Shown in pieces: positions 35,300 through 38,028 of a DNA stretch of 38,028 bases. The DNA is taken from IMG/VR virus record IMGVR_UViG_3300037478_000472, positions 1 through 38,028 of that record; one strand, 5' to 3'. Source of the stretch: a virus (lineage: Duplodnaviria; Caudoviricetes). Positions within the stretch are counted from its first letter, which is position 1. Each line of letters starts with the position of its first letter. Below the pieces are notes generated by a model. It saw nothing but the letters and a program-made list of their open reading frames with translations. It was not told the DNA's origin and did no database searches. A program made the translations under genes and the position numbers.

Positions 35300-37425
35300 T
35301 GACTGTTCAGCTCGATCCCGTGATCATCGGTCCGCCGGACGAGACGGACGAAGAGCGCGGCATGCGCGAGGCGCGCGAAGCTGCGGCGTCAGCTGCGCAG
35401 CAGGTCGGTGCTCAGCCGCTACCGTTGCCTGACCAGACGGCGCTGCCTTCCATGGCGGAGCTCGGCGGGCGCGCCGCTCCGGCGCCAGACCGACCGGCTG
35501 CTGCGCTCGGGCGCCCCGCTGGGCGCCCGCAGTTCTTCAGTCCCGACGAGTACCCCATTACCGAAGCGGAGCGCGCGGAGAACCGCCGCTATTCCGATGA
35601 GCGCGTACGCGAGGCGGAGGGATGGCTCGCCGATCCGTATGCCTTCGAAGGTCCAGGGGCACGGCCGCGAGCTGTGCCAGCTTCTACGCCTTCTCCTGTT
35701 CCTGTTCCTGCTCGTGTGCAGCCGCAGGCGCCGACTCAGCCCCCCCGACCGGCGCCTGCGGCTCCTCCTTTCCCGCGTACTGTCGATTTCGGCGAGCCTG
35801 TGGCGATCGGCGCTCAGCCGACACCGCCGGAGGCGCCTCCGCAGCCCGGTCTCGGGCGTGCATTGGAGCGTACGTGGAGCCCGGACGCGGAGGTGTGGGG
35901 ATACGCCGACGATAATGCGCCCACGCTGCCAGGCCGTGTCCGATCGCAAGCGTCTCCGGCTCCTTCGCGGCGCGATCAGCTGATTTCGTTGCTCAAAGCA
36001 CGTCAGCAGCGCGCGCAATCGGCTCAGCAGGCGTCGGGGCCCGATTATACCGGCGCAGACTGGTCAGATGCGCTCCGGCGGCCGCTCCACGCGGTCGGAA
36101 ATGCACTTTTGGCGGCTGGTGGACGCCCTGGCATCCCATTCCGGAGTGATCGGGCAGCGCTAAGGGAGCAGTCCGCGGGCGAAGCGCTCGAAACGCAGCG
36201 TCGGGCGCAGGGAGAGGCCGCTTCGCGGCTTTCCGACCGCCGTCTTGCGCTCGAGGAGCAGCAAATCGCCGGTGCGCAGGAAGCGCGCGAGGCTACGGCG
36301 CAAGATCGCGCCGCGGATCGCGAATCTCGCGAGCGTATCGCACAGATGCGTTCGCAGCCGCAGGGCAACGAGCTTCGCACCGTGCAGGCAGACCAGCTCC
36401 GGCAGCAGCTGGCGCGCAATGTGGCCATGCGTGATTCGACTTCGCAGGAGAGCCAGCTTTTGCGCGACGATTTCGGCCGCGAGATGGCCGTCATGCAGGG
36501 CCTGGGCTGGCGTCCGCCGCCGGCGCTCATGCAGGCGCTAACCAGTATGACCGGAGAGCAGCTCGAGCGTGTGCGCGGCAGCGAGGCGATGCAGTCTGTC
36601 TACCGGCGGTATGGGATCCGCGGTCGTGGTGGGCCTGGCGGCGGCGTAGGCGGCGGCCTTGGTGCAAGCGGTCCAAGTCGTGATGCCCTAGAGCGAGAGC
36701 TTACTGGGCACGACATCCCCTTGGCTGCTGTTGATCTGTCTACACCGCGCGGGCGCGAGCGCGCGCAACGGGAGCTACTCCAGCGCACGCGGCCGTCGAA
36801 TCGCGAGGAGGTCGGCGAGCGCACCGAGCGTTACGGCACCGCACGGCGTCAGAGCGGCGTGTCTGAAGGCCTTGCGGCGCTGCAAGGCGTCTATCGCGAG
36901 CTAGATCGTAACGTGCCGGGGTGGCGTCGCGGGAACGTCGACATCCCCGGCATCGGCGCCACCGGTATGGCTCCGAACTTCATGCTTTCGCGTGGTGGAC
37001 GCGACGTCAGCGGAGCGATGGAGCGGCTCCTGGATACGCAGCTGCGCGAAGCGACTGGCGCCGCTGCGCCGCCCACCGAGGTGGGAACGTTCCGGAGGAT
37101 CCTCGGCATCGGGACGATGTCGACCGACCAGGACATGATCCAGGCGCTCCGGCGGGCAGAGGGGATCCTTCAGAGCTGGGATTCCGAGCTCGTTCGTACG
37201 TTCGGCGAGGACGCTGCCAACGAGTGGCGATCGCGCGGCGCAAGCGCCGCGCAGCGTCAGCCTGGCCCGAGCGCCGCCAGTGCGCCTGAGCGTGCCCGAT
37301 CGCAGCCCGCCGCAAGCGGCCAGGTGCGCGTGCGCATCCCCGGGCGCGGCATGACGCCGCCAATGGATGCCGAGCGCGCGCGCACTCTCGCCGGTCGTAT
37401 TCGCGGGGCAGAGGTGGTGCCGTAA
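35299..37425 (+). CDS. Putative internal virion / ejection protein
   Basis: TGATG-coupled start; Pro-rich, then helical; 708 aa. Confidence 0.65.
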   Translation: MTVQLDPVIIGPPDETDEERGMREAREAAASAAQQVGAQPLPLPDQTALPSMAELGGRAAPAPDRPAAALGRPAGRPQFFSPDEYPITEAERAENRRYSDERVREAEGWLADPYAFEGPGARPRAVPASTPSPVPVPARVQPQAPTQPPRPAPAAPPFPRTVDFGEPVAIGAQPTPPEAPPQPGLGRALERTWSPDAEVWGYADDNAPTLPGRVRSQASPAPSRRDQLISLLKARQQRAQSAQQASGPDYTGADWSDALRRPLHAVGNALLAAGGRPGIPFRSDRAALREQSAGEALETQRRAQGEAASRLSDRRLALEEQQIAGAQEAREATAQDRAADRESRERIAQMRSQPQGNELRTVQADQLRQQLARNVAMRDSTSQESQLLRDDFGREMAVMQGLGWRPPPALMQALTSMTGEQLERVRGSEAMQSVYRRYGIRGRGGPGGGVGGGLGASGPSRDALERELTGHDIPLAAVDLSTPRGRERAQRELLQRTRPSNREEVGERTERYGTARRQSGVSEGLAALQGVYRELDRNVPGWRRGNVDIPGIGATGMAPNFMLSRGGRDVSGAMERLLDTQLREATGAAAPPTEVGTFRRILGIGTMSTDQDMIQALRRAEGILQSWDSELVRTFGEDAANEWRSRGASAAQRQPGPSAASAPERARSQPAASGQVRVRIPGRGMTPPMDAERARTLAGRIRGAEVVP

Positions 37426-38028
37426 TGGGACGTGGCCGGCGTAAGGCTTCGGTCGACGACACGCTGCGCGAGTTCGGCGTGAACCCCGCTGACATGCAGC
37501 CGGAGCCCGCGCCGGTTGCGCCGACCGGCATGGCCGAGACAGGGCGTCGTCAGCGGGTGATCGAGGTGCCGGGCTTTTCGTTCGAGGTAGATCCCACCGG
37601 ACGCCGCCGAGCGCGCACGACGCGCATGCCCGGAGAGGTGGAGACGGTCGAGCACCGTGAAGTCGCGCCGCGCGGCATGGGCGATCTGCACGCGGTCGAA
37701 CGCACGATGCCGACGCCGCCGCCCGAACCAAGCCTTGATCAGCTCATTCGGAGTTTTGATCCTGAGACCGGTCGTTTCATGCCGCGTCTCATCGGTGGTG
37801 ACCGCACGCCGCAGGAGCGCGAGCTGCGCGCCAGCGCGAATCGCGCGACGTCCAGGGTCAACGATGCCGCACTCCTCGGCATGCTTGAACCTATCCCGGG
37901 TACCGCCGACGAAGAGGCCGGAGGGATCCCAGTTCCGGAGGCGATTGCGTCGCGCACTGGTATCCGCTCTGTCCCTGTGACTCCAGCCGGTATCGCGCAC
38001 CGCATCCGCACCGGACAGGGGCTCGAGC
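37425..38028 (+). CDS. 5' part of the ejection-like gene that continues into 1..1650
   Basis: TAATG coupling; open to the window end and in frame across the overlap. Confidence 0.75.
   Translation, partial: MGRGRRKASVDDTLREFGVNPADMQPEPAPVAPTGMAETGRRQRVIEVPGFSFEVDPTGRRRARTTRMPGEVETVEHREVAPRGMGDLHAVERTMPTPPPEPSLDQLIRSFDPETGRFMPRLIGGDRTPQERELRASANRATSRVNDAALLGMLEPIPGTADEEAGGIPVPEAIASRTGIRSVPVTPAGIAHRIRTGQGLE
37902..38028. repeat. Terminal direct repeat, copy 2
   Basis: Identical to 1-127. Confidence 0.97.

Noticed and set aside
37902-38028. Biological T7-like terminal repeat
   Set aside because: It falls mid-gene and equals a common assembly k-mer length; virion ends cannot be inferred.

Overview
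This window is an apparently complete, circularly assembled, GC-rich temperate tailed-phage genome of 37,901 bp. Bases 1-127 repeat exactly at 37902-38028, and one ORF reads through the join. The layout is podovirus-like. Late genes are TerS, a GroES-like gene, TerL, portal, scaffold, major capsid, adaptor, a large nozzle-type protein and three ejection-protein-like ORFs, with no tape measure gene. They are followed by a membrane-protein cluster with no recognisable endolysin, which ends in a His-Cys caspase-fold-like gene. Divergent cI/cro genes separate a rightward replication arm (Dam-type methylase, resolvase, SSB-like protein, primase-helicase, iteron-like array, tRNA-Gln) from a leftward accessory arm carrying xis and a tyrosine integrase. 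The most striking feature is a complete attP-like site at 6975-7204: two arm-type repeats flank a core made from the 5' half of tRNA-Gly(CCC). Integration there would place the repaired host tRNA under a phage promoter and point the host tRNA promoter into a repeat-punctuated phage accessory operon. A Cys-rich lipoprotein suggests a myxobacterial host (inference). All product calls come from motif recognition by eye; no searches were run.
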